From Candidatus Saccharimonadota bacterium (lineage in GTDB: Bacteria; Patescibacteriota; Saccharimonadia; Saccharimonadales; Saccharimonadaceae), in the NCBI GenBank assembly GCA_049296095.1, contig JBAQRV010000001.1, forward strand, positions 570,001-602,000: 32,000 nt of DNA, written 5' to 3'. The notes beneath the pieces were generated by a model. The model ran no database searches, was not told the DNA's origin, and saw nothing but the letters and a program-made list of their open reading frames with translations. Shown piece by piece: positions 16,742 to 25,650 of this stretch. Each line of letters opens with the position of its first letter. Positions within the stretch are counted from its first letter, which is position 1. The position numbers and the translations under genes were made by a program.

Positions 16742-17770
16742 ATGGGTACGATGTTTACTTTTCTAGTGATACTGACTTCAGTCATCTTTATTGCTCTGGT
16801 AGTGATAGCAAGTATGCGACCAGCACCTAGTGTGGTCAGTACATATGAGTTGGAACGACGATCAAAACGCGCCAATAGGGAGGCGAAAGCAATCCTTCGT
16901 CGAGAAAAGCTCCTGCCTGACGTTCTGGCGCTACAACGGGTGATGACAACGCTGTTATTAGTTGTCGTGGTGCTTTTATCAGTAGTCACCTTTGGTTGGC
17001 TTGTCGGGGTCATTGTAGCGGTGATCGTCGCTTTGGAGTATGGAGTGATCGCAAAGTGGCCGGCTTTGGGGCGACTGACGTTGAAATGGTACGAATCAAT
17101 GGAGCCAGCTCTTCTTAATTTTGTTGAAAAATTCCACGGTGCTTTTGTGTTTATCCGGAGTACGCCAATGCACAGCGTTGATACATACCACCGTTTTGAC
17201 TCACGCGAGGAACTGCAGCGTTTGGTTGATGCGTCTGGTGATATCTTGTCGGATGACGAGCGAAAATTGATTGTCCATAGCCTTCAGTTTAAGGACCAAA
17301 AGGTTAATTCAGTCATGACGCCAAGAAGCATGATGGATACTATCAAAAAAGGTGAGTTTCTTGGTCCCCTTGTCCTGAGTGAACTACATGATACCGGGCA
17401 TAGTCGCTTGCCGGTAGTCGGGAGCGATAGTGATCATATTGTCGGCATTCTTCATTTGAAGGATCTATTATCCTTGGACGTAAAACACTCTGTTACTGCT
17501 GAGAAAGCAATGGAAGCAAAGGTGTATTATATCCGTGAAGATCAGGACCTTGAACACGCACTGGCTGCCTTTCTTCGGACTCGCCACCATCTGTTTATTG
17601 TTATTAACAGCGCCCGCGAAACTGTCGGCCTGTTGACACTTGAAGATGTGATAGAAGCCTTACTTGGGCGCAAGATTCTCGATGAAGATGATAACCACGA
17701 TAACCTGCGTGAGGTTGCGGCTCAGAATCCTCGAGATAATAATTCACCAGAAAATCACACTGACGTCTAG
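16742..17770 (+). CDS. CNNM/DUF21-type membrane protein with CBS pair (CorB/TlyC-like)
   Basis: TM N-terminus followed by tandem CBS motifs (VMTPRSMM..., HSRLPVV, IVGILHLKDLL, HLFIVINSARETVGLLTLEDVIEALLG). Start at 16742, or at 16751. Confidence 0.8.
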   Translation: MGTMFTFLVILTSVIFIALVVIASMRPAPSVVSTYELERRSKRANREAKAILRREKLLPDVLALQRVMTTLLLVVVVLLSVVTFGWLVGVIVAVIVALEYGVIAKWPALGRLTLKWYESMEPALLNFVEKFHGAFVFIRSTPMHSVDTYHRFDSREELQRLVDASGDILSDDERKLIVHSLQFKDQKVNSVMTPRSMMDTIKKGEFLGPLVLSELHDTGHSRLPVVGSDSDHIVGILHLKDLLSLDVKHSVTAEKAMEAKVYYIREDQDLEHALAAFLRTRHHLFIVINSARETVGLLTLEDVIEALLGRKILDEDDNHDNLREVAAQNPRDNNSPENHTDV

Positions 17771-17797
17771 TTTTATAGAGGTGGGAGTGGTATATTA

Positions 17798-19117
17798 ATG
17801 ATAATGACACGAACACTAACCAGAGATTTGGCTGCCAAAACGGGTGAAACCGTGACGATTCAAGGGTGGCTCCACAAAAAGCGCCTGCTGGGCGGTAAGA
17901 ACTTTATTACTATTCGAGATCGCTCAGGATTGGCTCAGACTCTCGTCGATGATAAAGACGAACTAGAAAAACTTCGTGGTTTGCAGGTTGGCACTGTGGT
18001 TGCATTGACTGGGGTGGTCATTGCTGATGAGCGAGCTCCGGGTGGTGCAGAACTTCACGAGGTGAAAGTTGAGGTGCTGGTACCAGTTACCGATGAGCCA
18101 CCGATTGAGATCGACAAACCGCTCGATCACAAATCTGAGAGCTTGGATACACTGTTTGAGAACCGTGTGATCGGGCTGCGCAACTTACGAGAAGCAGATG
18201 TCTTTAAGATTCAAGCGGGTATCAAAGAATCAACTCGTCAGTATTTGAAGGCCCAGGATTTCACTGAGTTTAACTCTCCGAAGTTACTTCCTGGTGCCAG
18301 CGAAGGTGGTGCTGAGGTCTTCACACTTGATTACTTTGGGAAAGAAGCAACTTTGGCGCAAAGTGCACAGTTTTACAAACAGATGATGGTTGGTGTGTTT
18401 GAACGAGCATATGAAATCGGCTCAACCTACCGAGCAGAACCTTCAGCGACGACTCGTCACATGACTGAATACCTCACGATCGATGCTGAGATGGGATTCA
18501 TTACTTTCCAAGACCTTCTCAAGACTGTTGGGGGTCTGCTAAGGACAGTAACGACCGATGTATGGGCACAGCACGAAAGTCAGTTGAAGAGCTGGAATGC
18601 TCAGCCCGTCACGCTACCTGAAGCTATCCCTCAGTTAGCCCTTGAAGAGGTCCACGAACTTTACTCAAAAGCGACTGGCGAGAATTCTCGTGGTGAAAAA
18701 GACATGCGCCCAGACGAAGAAAAATGGATCACTGAATATGCCAAGAAAAACTTGGGCAGTGAGGCGGTCTTTGTGACAGAGTGGCCAGTGAGTGAAATGA
18801 AATTTTATCACCGAAAATCTGATGAGAACCCTGAGCTTGCAGAGCGGGCTGACCTTATTTTCCGTGGCGTTGAGATTGCGACGATTAGTATGCGCGAGAA
18901 CCGTTACGATGTCTTGGTTGAACAGCTAAAGACCATTGCCGGGGGCGACCCCGAGGCAGATGGCTTCCGTTACTACCTTTCGGCATTTAAATATGGCCTG
19001 CCGATGCACGGTGGTTTTGGTATGGGGCTTGAACGACTTACCCAAAAAATCATCGGCTTGAACAATGTCAAAGAAGCTGCCCTTTTCCCACGCGATATTA
19101 ATCGCCTGACTCCATAG
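17798..19117 (+). CDS. aspS: Aspartate--tRNA ligase, type 2 (archaeal/eukaryal-like)
   Basis: About 437 aa with LAQSAQFYKQ, RAEPSATTRH and GGFGMGLERL...FPRDINRLTP, collinear with archaeal AspRS. Start at 17798 or 17804. Confidence 0.85.
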   Translation: MIMTRTLTRDLAAKTGETVTIQGWLHKKRLLGGKNFITIRDRSGLAQTLVDDKDELEKLRGLQVGTVVALTGVVIADERAPGGAELHEVKVEVLVPVTDEPPIEIDKPLDHKSESLDTLFENRVIGLRNLREADVFKIQAGIKESTRQYLKAQDFTEFNSPKLLPGASEGGAEVFTLDYFGKEATLAQSAQFYKQMMVGVFERAYEIGSTYRAEPSATTRHMTEYLTIDAEMGFITFQDLLKTVGGLLRTVTTDVWAQHESQLKSWNAQPVTLPEAIPQLALEEVHELYSKATGENSRGEKDMRPDEEKWITEYAKKNLGSEAVFVTEWPVSEMKFYHRKSDENPELAERADLIFRGVEIATISMRENRYDVLVEQLKTIAGGDPEADGFRYYLSAFKYGLPMHGGFGMGLERLTQKIIGLNNVKEAALFPRDINRLTP

Positions 19118-19134
19118 CGCGTATAATAAAGCCT

Positions 19135-19602
19135 ATGCAACCAGAACATATACAAACACCTGAAACTATACAAAAACAATTGCCTCGACAGCGTCATTTC
19201 CTGGCTGTCTTTTTCCTCAGCTTTATGTGGGGATCTTTCGGTGTTGATCGAATGTATTTGGGGAAATGGGGGACGGGGATCTTAAAGCTGGTTACTTTTG
19301 GTGGACTTGGCCTTTGGACGCTCATCGATTTGATCATCATTATGACGGGGACGATGAAGGACAAGCAGGGCCGTCCAATGCTGCAAGCTCAGGAATACAA
19401 GAAATTTGCTTGGCGAACGGTGCTTATATTTGCGATTGCTCTTGGAGTAGTCATTTTGGTCAATGGGTTGCTTCTTATTCTTGGAACGTACCAATTGATC
19501 ACCTCAATTCAGGACGGGAATTTTATGAATCTTCCAGGACTTGATCAGATACCTGGCGCTGAGAACTTGAGTCCGGAACAGCTTCAAGAATTGGGCTTGT
19601 AG
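19135..19602 (+). CDS. TM2 domain-containing membrane protein
   Basis: 155 aa with FGVDRMYLGKWGTGILKLVTFGGLGLWTLIDLIII, a TM2 signature. Confidence 0.8.
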   Translation: MQPEHIQTPETIQKQLPRQRHFLAVFFLSFMWGSFGVDRMYLGKWGTGILKLVTFGGLGLWTLIDLIIIMTGTMKDKQGRPMLQAQEYKKFAWRTVLIFAIALGVVILVNGLLLILGTYQLITSIQDGNFMNLPGLDQIPGAENLSPEQLQELGL

Positions 19603-19607
19603 CGCCT

Positions 19608-20246
19608 CTAAAGAATTGGTTTGTTATCGAGTGAATGCCAGACATACCAGCTGGCGACTGATTCATAGGGATGCCAATTATTGTCTTTTGCAATTTGCTC
19701 CATCTCTTCAGGAGTTGGTTTTTCGTTTAGATTGTAGAGTTTGTGGATGCCGTTCTTGATGCCAAGGTCGCCAGTGGGCAGGATGTCGAGTCGTCCCATG
19801 CAGAACATTAAGAACATATGTACCGTCCAGACGCCCACACCTTTGATTTGTGTCAGTTCAGCAATTACCTCTTCGTTTGAGAGTGCGTCGAGGTGATTAA
19901 AACGAACTTCCCCCTCAATGACTTTCATGGCAAGATCCTGGATGTAACTGGCCTTTTGGCGAGACAGGCCGACGGCGCGAAATTGTTCGACATCCTTCTC
20001 GAGAATCTGGTCGGGTGCAGGGAATTCTACCTCGGGAAACAATTCCAGAAAACGTTTGAGGATAGTTGCGGCTGCCTTGACACTGAGTTGTTGCGAAATA
20101 ATGCTCTCGACCAATTCTTGGTAATAGTTCTTATTTGGAATGATATTTGGTAACAAATCTTGGCCAATAATTCCAGCTATGACGGGGTCATGCTGCTTGA
20201 GATGGGCGGCAGCCTGTTTGAGGGTGGTAGGGTTGGCGATATTCAC
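19608..20246 (-). CDS. DNA-3-methyladenine glycosylase II-like (HhH-GPD, AlkA family)
   Basis: 212 aa with the HhH motif IKGVGVWTVHMFLMF and LPTGDLGI (catalytic Asp context). Confidence 0.8.
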   Translation of the reverse strand: MNIANPTTLKQAAAHLKQHDPVIAGIIGQDLLPNIIPNKNYYQELVESIISQQLSVKAAATILKRFLELFPEVEFPAPDQILEKDVEQFRAVGLSRQKASYIQDLAMKVIEGEVRFNHLDALSNEEVIAELTQIKGVGVWTVHMFLMFCMGRLDILPTGDLGIKNGIHKLYNLNEKPTPEEMEQIAKDNNWHPYESVASWYVWHSLDNKPIL

Positions 20247-20773
20247 TAGGATTCCTTGAAGTATTTATTGTACGCTGATCGGGCCTTTATGATCTTTGGC
20301 GCAATCACAATCGTACAGTAGCCATTGCCAGGGTTTTTATTAAAGTAATCCTGGTGTTCCTCTTCTGCAGGGTAAAACACATCGAGTGGGACGATTTCGG
20401 TGACGATAGGGTCATCCCAATGATCTTCGGCTCGGGCGGCTGCTTTTAGAAAGGCGTCGTGTTGGGTTTTGTCCTTGTAGAACATGGCTGAACGATATTG
20501 GGTACCGACATCGGCGCCCTGACGATTTAGGGTAGTTGGATCGTGGATCAGAAAGAAAAGATCTAAAATAACGTCGGCGGGGATAACTTTTTCATCAAAA
20601 GTGATTTGTACTGCTTCGGCGTGACCGGTGTCGCCTGTCGCCACTTCATAGTAAGTAGGATCGGGGGTCTGACCTCCAGTGTAGCCACTGTATACCGTTT
20701 CGACACCTTTAAGACGGCGATAGATCGCGTCGAGGCACCAGAAGCATCCGCCAGCAAGTACGTAAGTAGTCAT
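20246..20773 (-). CDS. msrA: Peptide-methionine (S)-S-oxide reductase
   Basis: 175 aa with N-terminal GGCFWC active site and GHAEAVQITFD. Confidence 0.92.
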   Translation of the reverse strand: MTTYVLAGGCFWCLDAIYRRLKGVETVYSGYTGGQTPDPTYYEVATGDTGHAEAVQITFDEKVIPADVILDLFFLIHDPTTLNRQGADVGTQYRSAMFYKDKTQHDAFLKAAARAEDHWDDPIVTEIVPLDVFYPAEEEHQDYFNKNPGNGYCTIVIAPKIIKARSAYNKYFKES

Positions 20774-20802
20774 ACTCCCATTATAACCCTTATAATGAAT
20801 GG

Positions 20803-21603
20803 GTGAATCAAACTAAATTTAGAGAATTAATCTGGGAAAAGGCGCGTGACCTATATCGCCCAATGCCATGGCGCGATAATGTAGCTCCCTATTTTGTATT
20901 AGTGAGCGAAGTGATGTTACAGCAGACGCAGGTCGATCGGGTGATTTCGAAATTTAATGAGTTTATAAAGCACTTCCCGACTGTAGCCGATTTGGCGAAG
21001 GCATCACTGGGTGATGTTTTGAAAGTGTGGAGCGGGTTAGGGTACAATCGCCGTGCAAAATTTCTCCATATGGCTGCGCAGAAAGTCATGGCCGATTTCA
21101 ATGGTACCATTCCTGATACGCTCGAGCAGTTGACGCAACTCCCTGGTATTGGTCCAAATACCGCTGGGGCAATTATGGCCTATAGTTTTAATCAGCCGGT
21201 TGTCTTTATTGAAACCAATATTAGAACGGTCTATTTCCATCATTTCTTTGAGGACCAGGCCCTGGTGAGTGACGCTGAATTGAGAGAGCTTGTCGCTGAA
21301 ACACTTGACCGCGAGCATCCACGTGAGTGGTACTGGGCTTTGATGGATTATGGGACATTCCTAAAGAAGCAAGGTGTCGGAAGCATTGCTAAGAGTAAAC
21401 ACTATAAAAAACAAGCACCACTCAAGGGGAGTCTTCGTGAAGTGAGGGGACTAATCTTGAGGGAGCTAGCAATGAGCGATGTTGAACTCAGTGTTCTTCA
21501 GCAGAAACTACCAAAGGACGAACGCTTTGAAAATGCCTTGAATGCGCTGATCAAAGAAAACATGGTCCAACTGACAGCCAACCGATTACATTTGATGAGA
21601 TAA
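20803..21603 (+). CDS. MutY-like adenine DNA glycosylase, short form without Fe-S cluster loop or NUDIX-like domain
   Basis: 266 aa with VSEVMLQQTQV, WSGLGYNRRA and LPGIGPNTAGAI motifs. Contains zero cysteines. GTG start 6 nt after TATAAT. Confidence 0.8.
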   Translation: MNQTKFRELIWEKARDLYRPMPWRDNVAPYFVLVSEVMLQQTQVDRVISKFNEFIKHFPTVADLAKASLGDVLKVWSGLGYNRRAKFLHMAAQKVMADFNGTIPDTLEQLTQLPGIGPNTAGAIMAYSFNQPVVFIETNIRTVYFHHFFEDQALVSDAELRELVAETLDREHPREWYWALMDYGTFLKKQGVGSIAKSKHYKKQAPLKGSLREVRGLILRELAMSDVELSVLQQKLPKDERFENALNALIKENMVQLTANRLHLMR

Positions 21604-21621
21604 ACGGTATAATAAGGTGAC

Positions 21622-22164
21622 ATGAAATTGCCTATTCGCCTGATCGTTGTTGGTTTAATTGCTGCTGTACTCCTGCCAGTGGTTACTATGGGAACCGCAG
21701 AGGCTCAAACTAGTTTGACGAATGAGCAACTGCAGCGTATTAGTGCAAACTGTTCGGCTGCAAAAACGACACTCAACCAACTTCATGCAAGTGATGCCTT
21801 GCTTCGAGTGAATCGCGGTCAGATTTATGAGTTGATGAGTACGCGTTTGATGAATAATTTTAACGCACGCTTAACAAATAACAATCTCGACGCTAAGGGA
21901 TTGCAGGTAGTCACAACCAGCTACAAATCAGCACTTGATACCTTCCGCAGTGATTATCAGGCCTATGAGCGCCAGTTGTCGGCAGCCATTCGTGTTGATT
22001 GCGATAAGCAGCCAGCCGAGTTCCACTATGCAGTCCAGGATGCCAGGGAGAAGCGCGCAAAGGTTCATCAAGATGTCATTCGTTTGCATCAATACATCGA
22101 TGACTACCGTTCGGCTGTTAATGACTTCTATATTAACTACGAGCGTGTGACGGGGAATAACTGA
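21622..22164 (+). CDS. Secreted hypothetical protein (signal peptide, helical)
   Basis: 180 aa with N-terminal signal-like MKLPIRLIVVGLIAAVLLPVVTMGTAEA. Confidence 0.6.
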   Translation: MKLPIRLIVVGLIAAVLLPVVTMGTAEAQTSLTNEQLQRISANCSAAKTTLNQLHASDALLRVNRGQIYELMSTRLMNNFNARLTNNNLDAKGLQVVTTSYKSALDTFRSDYQAYERQLSAAIRVDCDKQPAEFHYAVQDAREKRAKVHQDVIRLHQYIDDYRSAVNDFYINYERVTGNN

Positions 22165-22538
22165 TGAGTGAAGAAGAGACGACAATGACAGACGAAGAGA
22201 TGACGTTTTGGGCAAAACATCGTTTTATGTTGCTCATTTTTTGTACGATTGTCTTGGCGCTCATTCTGACGGTCATTAGCGTTAGCGTCTACAATCTCAG
22301 TGGCGCTGCTCAACTCGACCTCAGTCGCCCAGGCTATCAATCGGTCAGCGATCAGGTTGAAACAAACAACTCAATTCAAGAATATAGTCCATTTGGAGCT
22401 GTTAACAAGACAACTGTTGATGAATTCACGAAGATCTATGATGAACAGGCCGCCAAGGCCAAAGCAGTCGATGCCTTTAACGGCGACCCCCTCAATCCAG
22501 AAGTACTAGAATTCGGCACTACGACTGTGGCAGAGTAG
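22164..22538 (+). CDS. Membrane-anchored hypothetical protein
   Basis: 124 aa with a single TM helix. Its ATG overlaps the upstream stop (TGATG), indicating translational coupling. Confidence 0.6.
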   Translation: MSEEETTMTDEEMTFWAKHRFMLLIFCTIVLALILTVISVSVYNLSGAAQLDLSRPGYQSVSDQVETNNSIQEYSPFGAVNKTTVDEFTKIYDEQAAKAKAVDAFNGDPLNPEVLEFGTTTVAE

Positions 22539-23208
22539 CCTCGAACTCTAATTCGAACAGCTCGCAGAGTAGGGCATGAGCATCGGTTACCTGAGGGAAC
22601 TCGATACCAAAGCTTTGCGCAATACGTCCATGGAGCTGTGTGTGGCTTGCTTGTAACTCTGCTGAAGTGTGTACATTGTAATCCTCATTCATTACTTTTT
22701 GACCTGGACCAAGGACATCGACCACGACAGGGAGAAGCTTGTCGACTGCTTTGACAAAGCGAGCCTCGGGTACCTGTTGCTGTTCGTAGGTGTAGAGTAG
22801 CTCTCGGGTGTGAGGAGGGAGTCTTTCCATGAGTTTTGCGAGAGCGGCGTGTTCGGTTTCTTGTTTTGCAAGCATTTGGTCTGCGGTGTGATGAAAGGTT
22901 GCGACATCTCCAGTAAGGAGCTCGATGAGATCATGCACAATGGCAAATTGTGACACCAATCCTGAATCGAGAACTCCTGGGAATAATCGTTCGGCAAGCT
23001 CGCTCACAACCAGAGCGAGCATATAACTATGCTCTACATCGCTTTCTCGGGAAGTCTCATCATAGCGGGGAACTCTATCGACGCGGGAGAATTCTATTGC
23101 AACTGCCCCGAGCTCAAGTGCAATTGCAGCAACTTGTGGTGTTGGGAGCGTGTCGTAGTTCTCAGTTCGCCTTTCTAAGTCAATTTTGGCAATAGGAAAT
23201 TTTTCCAT
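22519..23208 (-). CDS. HD-domain phosphohydrolase (YfbR/5'-deoxynucleotidase-like)
   Basis: SDVEHSYMLALV ... HDLIELLTGD motifs. Start set at MEKFP (23208), preceded by AGGAGA. The ORF-track start is 23223. Confidence 0.75.
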   Translation of the reverse strand: MEKFPIAKIDLERRTENYDTLPTPQVAAIALELGAVAIEFSRVDRVPRYDETSRESDVEHSYMLALVVSELAERLFPGVLDSGLVSQFAIVHDLIELLTGDVATFHHTADQMLAKQETEHAALAKLMERLPPHTRELLYTYEQQQVPEARFVKAVDKLLPVVVDVLGPGQKVMNEDYNVHTSAELQASHTQLHGRIAQSFGIEFPQVTDAHALLCELFELEFEATLPQS

Positions 23209-23307
23209 GACTGGTCTCCTCATGGTCGTTAGACGTTAAGTACTGATTACATTGTTACTATAACGTGCTATGCTGTCGGTAGATAGAAAGTATAATTTGA
23301 GTCAAAT

Positions 23308-23982
23308 ATGATTGAGCCTGTCACTGTAAATCACCATATTCAGAAGTCGATTATTGACGTACTCATGTATCGTGAAGTTGCGCGTTTCCGTGATCTGAGG
23401 CCACCTCGTACTGATACGAATTTGTTCTCATACCACCTCAATAGTCTTGTAAAATCAGGTATGGTAATGAAGGTTGAGAGCGGGTATACGTTGAGTATGG
23501 CGGGGCTTTCTTATGTTGATCGTGTCAGTGTCGAGAAAAAGATCATTCGCACTCAACCAAAGATTATTACGATGCTCTTGGTGCAAAATAGCGATGGTGA
23601 TATCCTGTTGCATCGCCGTGACAAACAGCCATACATTAATGCTTGGACGCTGCCATATGGGAAGCTACACATTGAAGATAATTCTCTAGAAGAGGCTGCC
23701 CGACGCGAGGCAAAAGAGAAATTAGGACTCGAAAATCAGGCACTAAAGCATGTCGGCGATTGTTATATTCGAGTGAAAGCAAGTGGTGAAACACTTTCTA
23801 CTACTCTGGCTCACATTTTTAAGTTCAATTCAGACGAGATTACGCTAAGAGACGATATTACTTGGGCGCGACCTCATAAACTATCTCAGTTTCGGTTAGC
23901 CCCGGCCGTCGAGGAAATTATGACGAGAGGTTTCTTTAATGATCCGTTCTTCTTTGAAGAGTTTGAAGTTGAATGGGTATAA
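23308..23982 (+). CDS. NUDIX hydrolase with N-terminal winged-helix domain
   Basis: 224 aa with a wHTH-like N-terminus and Nudix box GKLHIEDNSLEEAARREAKEKLGL. Confidence 0.75.
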   Translation: MIEPVTVNHHIQKSIIDVLMYREVARFRDLRPPRTDTNLFSYHLNSLVKSGMVMKVESGYTLSMAGLSYVDRVSVEKKIIRTQPKIITMLLVQNSDGDILLHRRDKQPYINAWTLPYGKLHIEDNSLEEAARREAKEKLGLENQALKHVGDCYIRVKASGETLSTTLAHIFKFNSDEITLRDDITWARPHKLSQFRLAPAVEEIMTRGFFNDPFFFEEFEVEWV

Positions 23983-23989
23983 TAGATCT

Positions 23990-24319
23990 ATGAATTTGAA
24001 CGAATACCAACAACTTGCACTGCGTACTGCTGGGCCAAAGGATAAAAACAATGAAATCTTCCACCTCCTCCTTGGCTTAGTCGGTGAAGCAGGTGAGATC
24101 GCGGAGAAGGCAAAGAAAATTGTTCGTGATCATGATAGTGATTTTGGCAAATTTGACGTCGAAGATTTAAAAAAAGAACTCGGTGACATTCTTTGGTACA
24201 TCGCAACGCTTGCCGATTATTTTGATATTCCGCTTGAAGACATTGGCGCGAAAAATATCGAAAAACTGGCGAGTCGGTTGGAGCGTGGGAAGTTGAGCGG
24301 AAGCGGCGATAACCGTTAG
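23990..24319 (+). CDS. MazG-like nucleoside triphosphate pyrophosphohydrolase (small all-alpha type)
   Basis: 109 aa from MNLNEYQQLALRT, with GLVGEAGEIAEKAKK and ELGDILWYIATLA motifs. TATAAT lies 6 nt upstream. Confidence 0.75.
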   Translation: MNLNEYQQLALRTAGPKDKNNEIFHLLLGLVGEAGEIAEKAKKIVRDHDSDFGKFDVEDLKKELGDILWYIATLADYFDIPLEDIGAKNIEKLASRLERGKLSGSGDNR

Positions 24320-25560
24320 ACTAGTTTTTCTCTTACCCAGCCATCAATCGTCCCAGCGCCCATACAAAGTACGAGTTTTCCTGCAGCGCGGGCTGCTTGA
24401 ATCTTGGTCCAAAGTTCATCGTCAAGGGCAGCTTCGTGAACGCTGTCCTTGTTGGTGATGTTTTGGATGAGTGTCTGTGGGTCGAGAATCTCCTCGTCGG
24501 GGTCTTCGCGCGAGAGGTAGGTAGGGAGCCAATAGACGGTGTCGGCGAGTTCGAATTGATCACGGTACATATCTTTAATGCGGTGTTGGCGACGATTTTG
24601 GTGGGGTTGGTAGACCAAGACGACGTGTTCGGATAGCTCGCTCGCTAATTGTAGTGTGGCAGCGATTTCTTTGGGGTGATGACCGTAGTCGGTGTAGAGG
24701 TTGTCGGCCAGCTTTTCAAATCGGCGATCGGTACCAGGAAACTTCCCTAGTTCGGCGACCGTACGGTCTTCCTTGCCAAGCCCTAGGTATTCAATTGCTT
24801 TTATAACCAGCGTGCCATTACGACGGTTGTGCTCGCCAGCCAGTGGAAGACTCAGGGTATCATTAAGTACCCAGGCGCGCGATGTATCGGCTTGAATATA
24901 GTCTGCGTCCTGCTTCCATAGAATCGTATGATCAGATTGACCGATAAATGTTCGAAAAGCGTCAGTGTACTCAGATTCTTGCGGGTACGTATCAGGATGA
25001 TCGTAATCAATCGAAGTAATCAAGGAAAGGTAGGGGTGAAAATAAAGAAAATTGCGATCGTATTCGTCACACTCATAGATAAAATATTCACTCTTGGGAT
25101 CGTATTTTCCGCTTGGTCCAAAAGGCAGCGTTGTTCCAACCGAATAACTAATAGGAATGCCAAGTTGTTGCATCACCCATACTGCCATACCGGTCGTAGT
25201 TGTTTTGCCATGGGTCCCTGCTATGGCGATTAATTTTAGATCCTTTTCTTGAATGATGTATGAAAGGAACTCGTCCCGCTTGCTGGTGCGGATGCCTAGC
25301 TGGCGAGCGAGTAAGAGCTCTGGGTGGTCATCCGGGAGGGAAGAGGTATAAACAAACCAATCAATCGGCGTCGCCTCGTGGCAGGCCTGGAGAAAGGCAC
25401 CGTCTTGCCCGATATTGAGCAGAACACCAAGGCTGCGAAGCTGGTCGGTCACCAGACTTTCACTCAAGTCTGATCCCATCACGGTGTGACCAGCGTCTTT
25501 CGCGATCTCAACTAGCGGACCAATACCAACGCCGCCCAGTCCTGAGAAATAGATATTCAT
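24316..25560 (-). CDS. murC: Mur ligase, UDP-N-acetylmuramate--L-alanine ligase-like
   Basis: 414 aa with GLGGVGIG, AGTHGKTTTTGM, ECDEYDRNFL, DYDHPD, AGEHNRRN, TDRRFE, DYGHHPKEI and YQPHQNRR, collinear with MurC. An Mpl-type ligase is not excluded. Confidence 0.7.
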   Translation of the reverse strand: MNIYFSGLGGVGIGPLVEIAKDAGHTVMGSDLSESLVTDQLRSLGVLLNIGQDGAFLQACHEATPIDWFVYTSSLPDDHPELLLARQLGIRTSKRDEFLSYIIQEKDLKLIAIAGTHGKTTTTGMAVWVMQQLGIPISYSVGTTLPFGPSGKYDPKSEYFIYECDEYDRNFLYFHPYLSLITSIDYDHPDTYPQESEYTDAFRTFIGQSDHTILWKQDADYIQADTSRAWVLNDTLSLPLAGEHNRRNGTLVIKAIEYLGLGKEDRTVAELGKFPGTDRRFEKLADNLYTDYGHHPKEIAATLQLASELSEHVVLVYQPHQNRRQHRIKDMYRDQFELADTVYWLPTYLSREDPDEEILDPQTLIQNITNKDSVHEAALDDELWTKIQAARAAGKLVLCMGAGTIDGWVREKLV

Positions 25561-25650
25561 ATGCCTCAGTATATCACTTGCGGTTCGGGGTGCCGCAGAG
25601 TAGGAAGGGGTATTTCCTCTCTACTGAAGCACGCCCCTCGTGCTACAATA

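Noticed and set aside
16736-16744. TACAAT immediately abutting an ATG (also at 25644-25653 and on the minus strand at 5159-5167), considered as a special initiation motif.
   Set aside because: There are only three cases. A -10 box at 0-1 nt cannot yield a transcript containing that ATG. Other nearby hexamers (TAGGGT/TAGAAT at N5) or downstream starts are the more likely explanation.
16684-17013. A 110-aa N-terminal extension of the dsbA-like ORF, and the mutually overlapping extension of the CBS gene (16634-16741).
   Set aside because: The extensions overlap each other on opposite strands and have low-complexity sequence. An internal ATG with a GGAG SD followed by a TM anchor (16683), and the ATGs at 16742/16751, give normal gene models with a 58-nt divergent promoter region.
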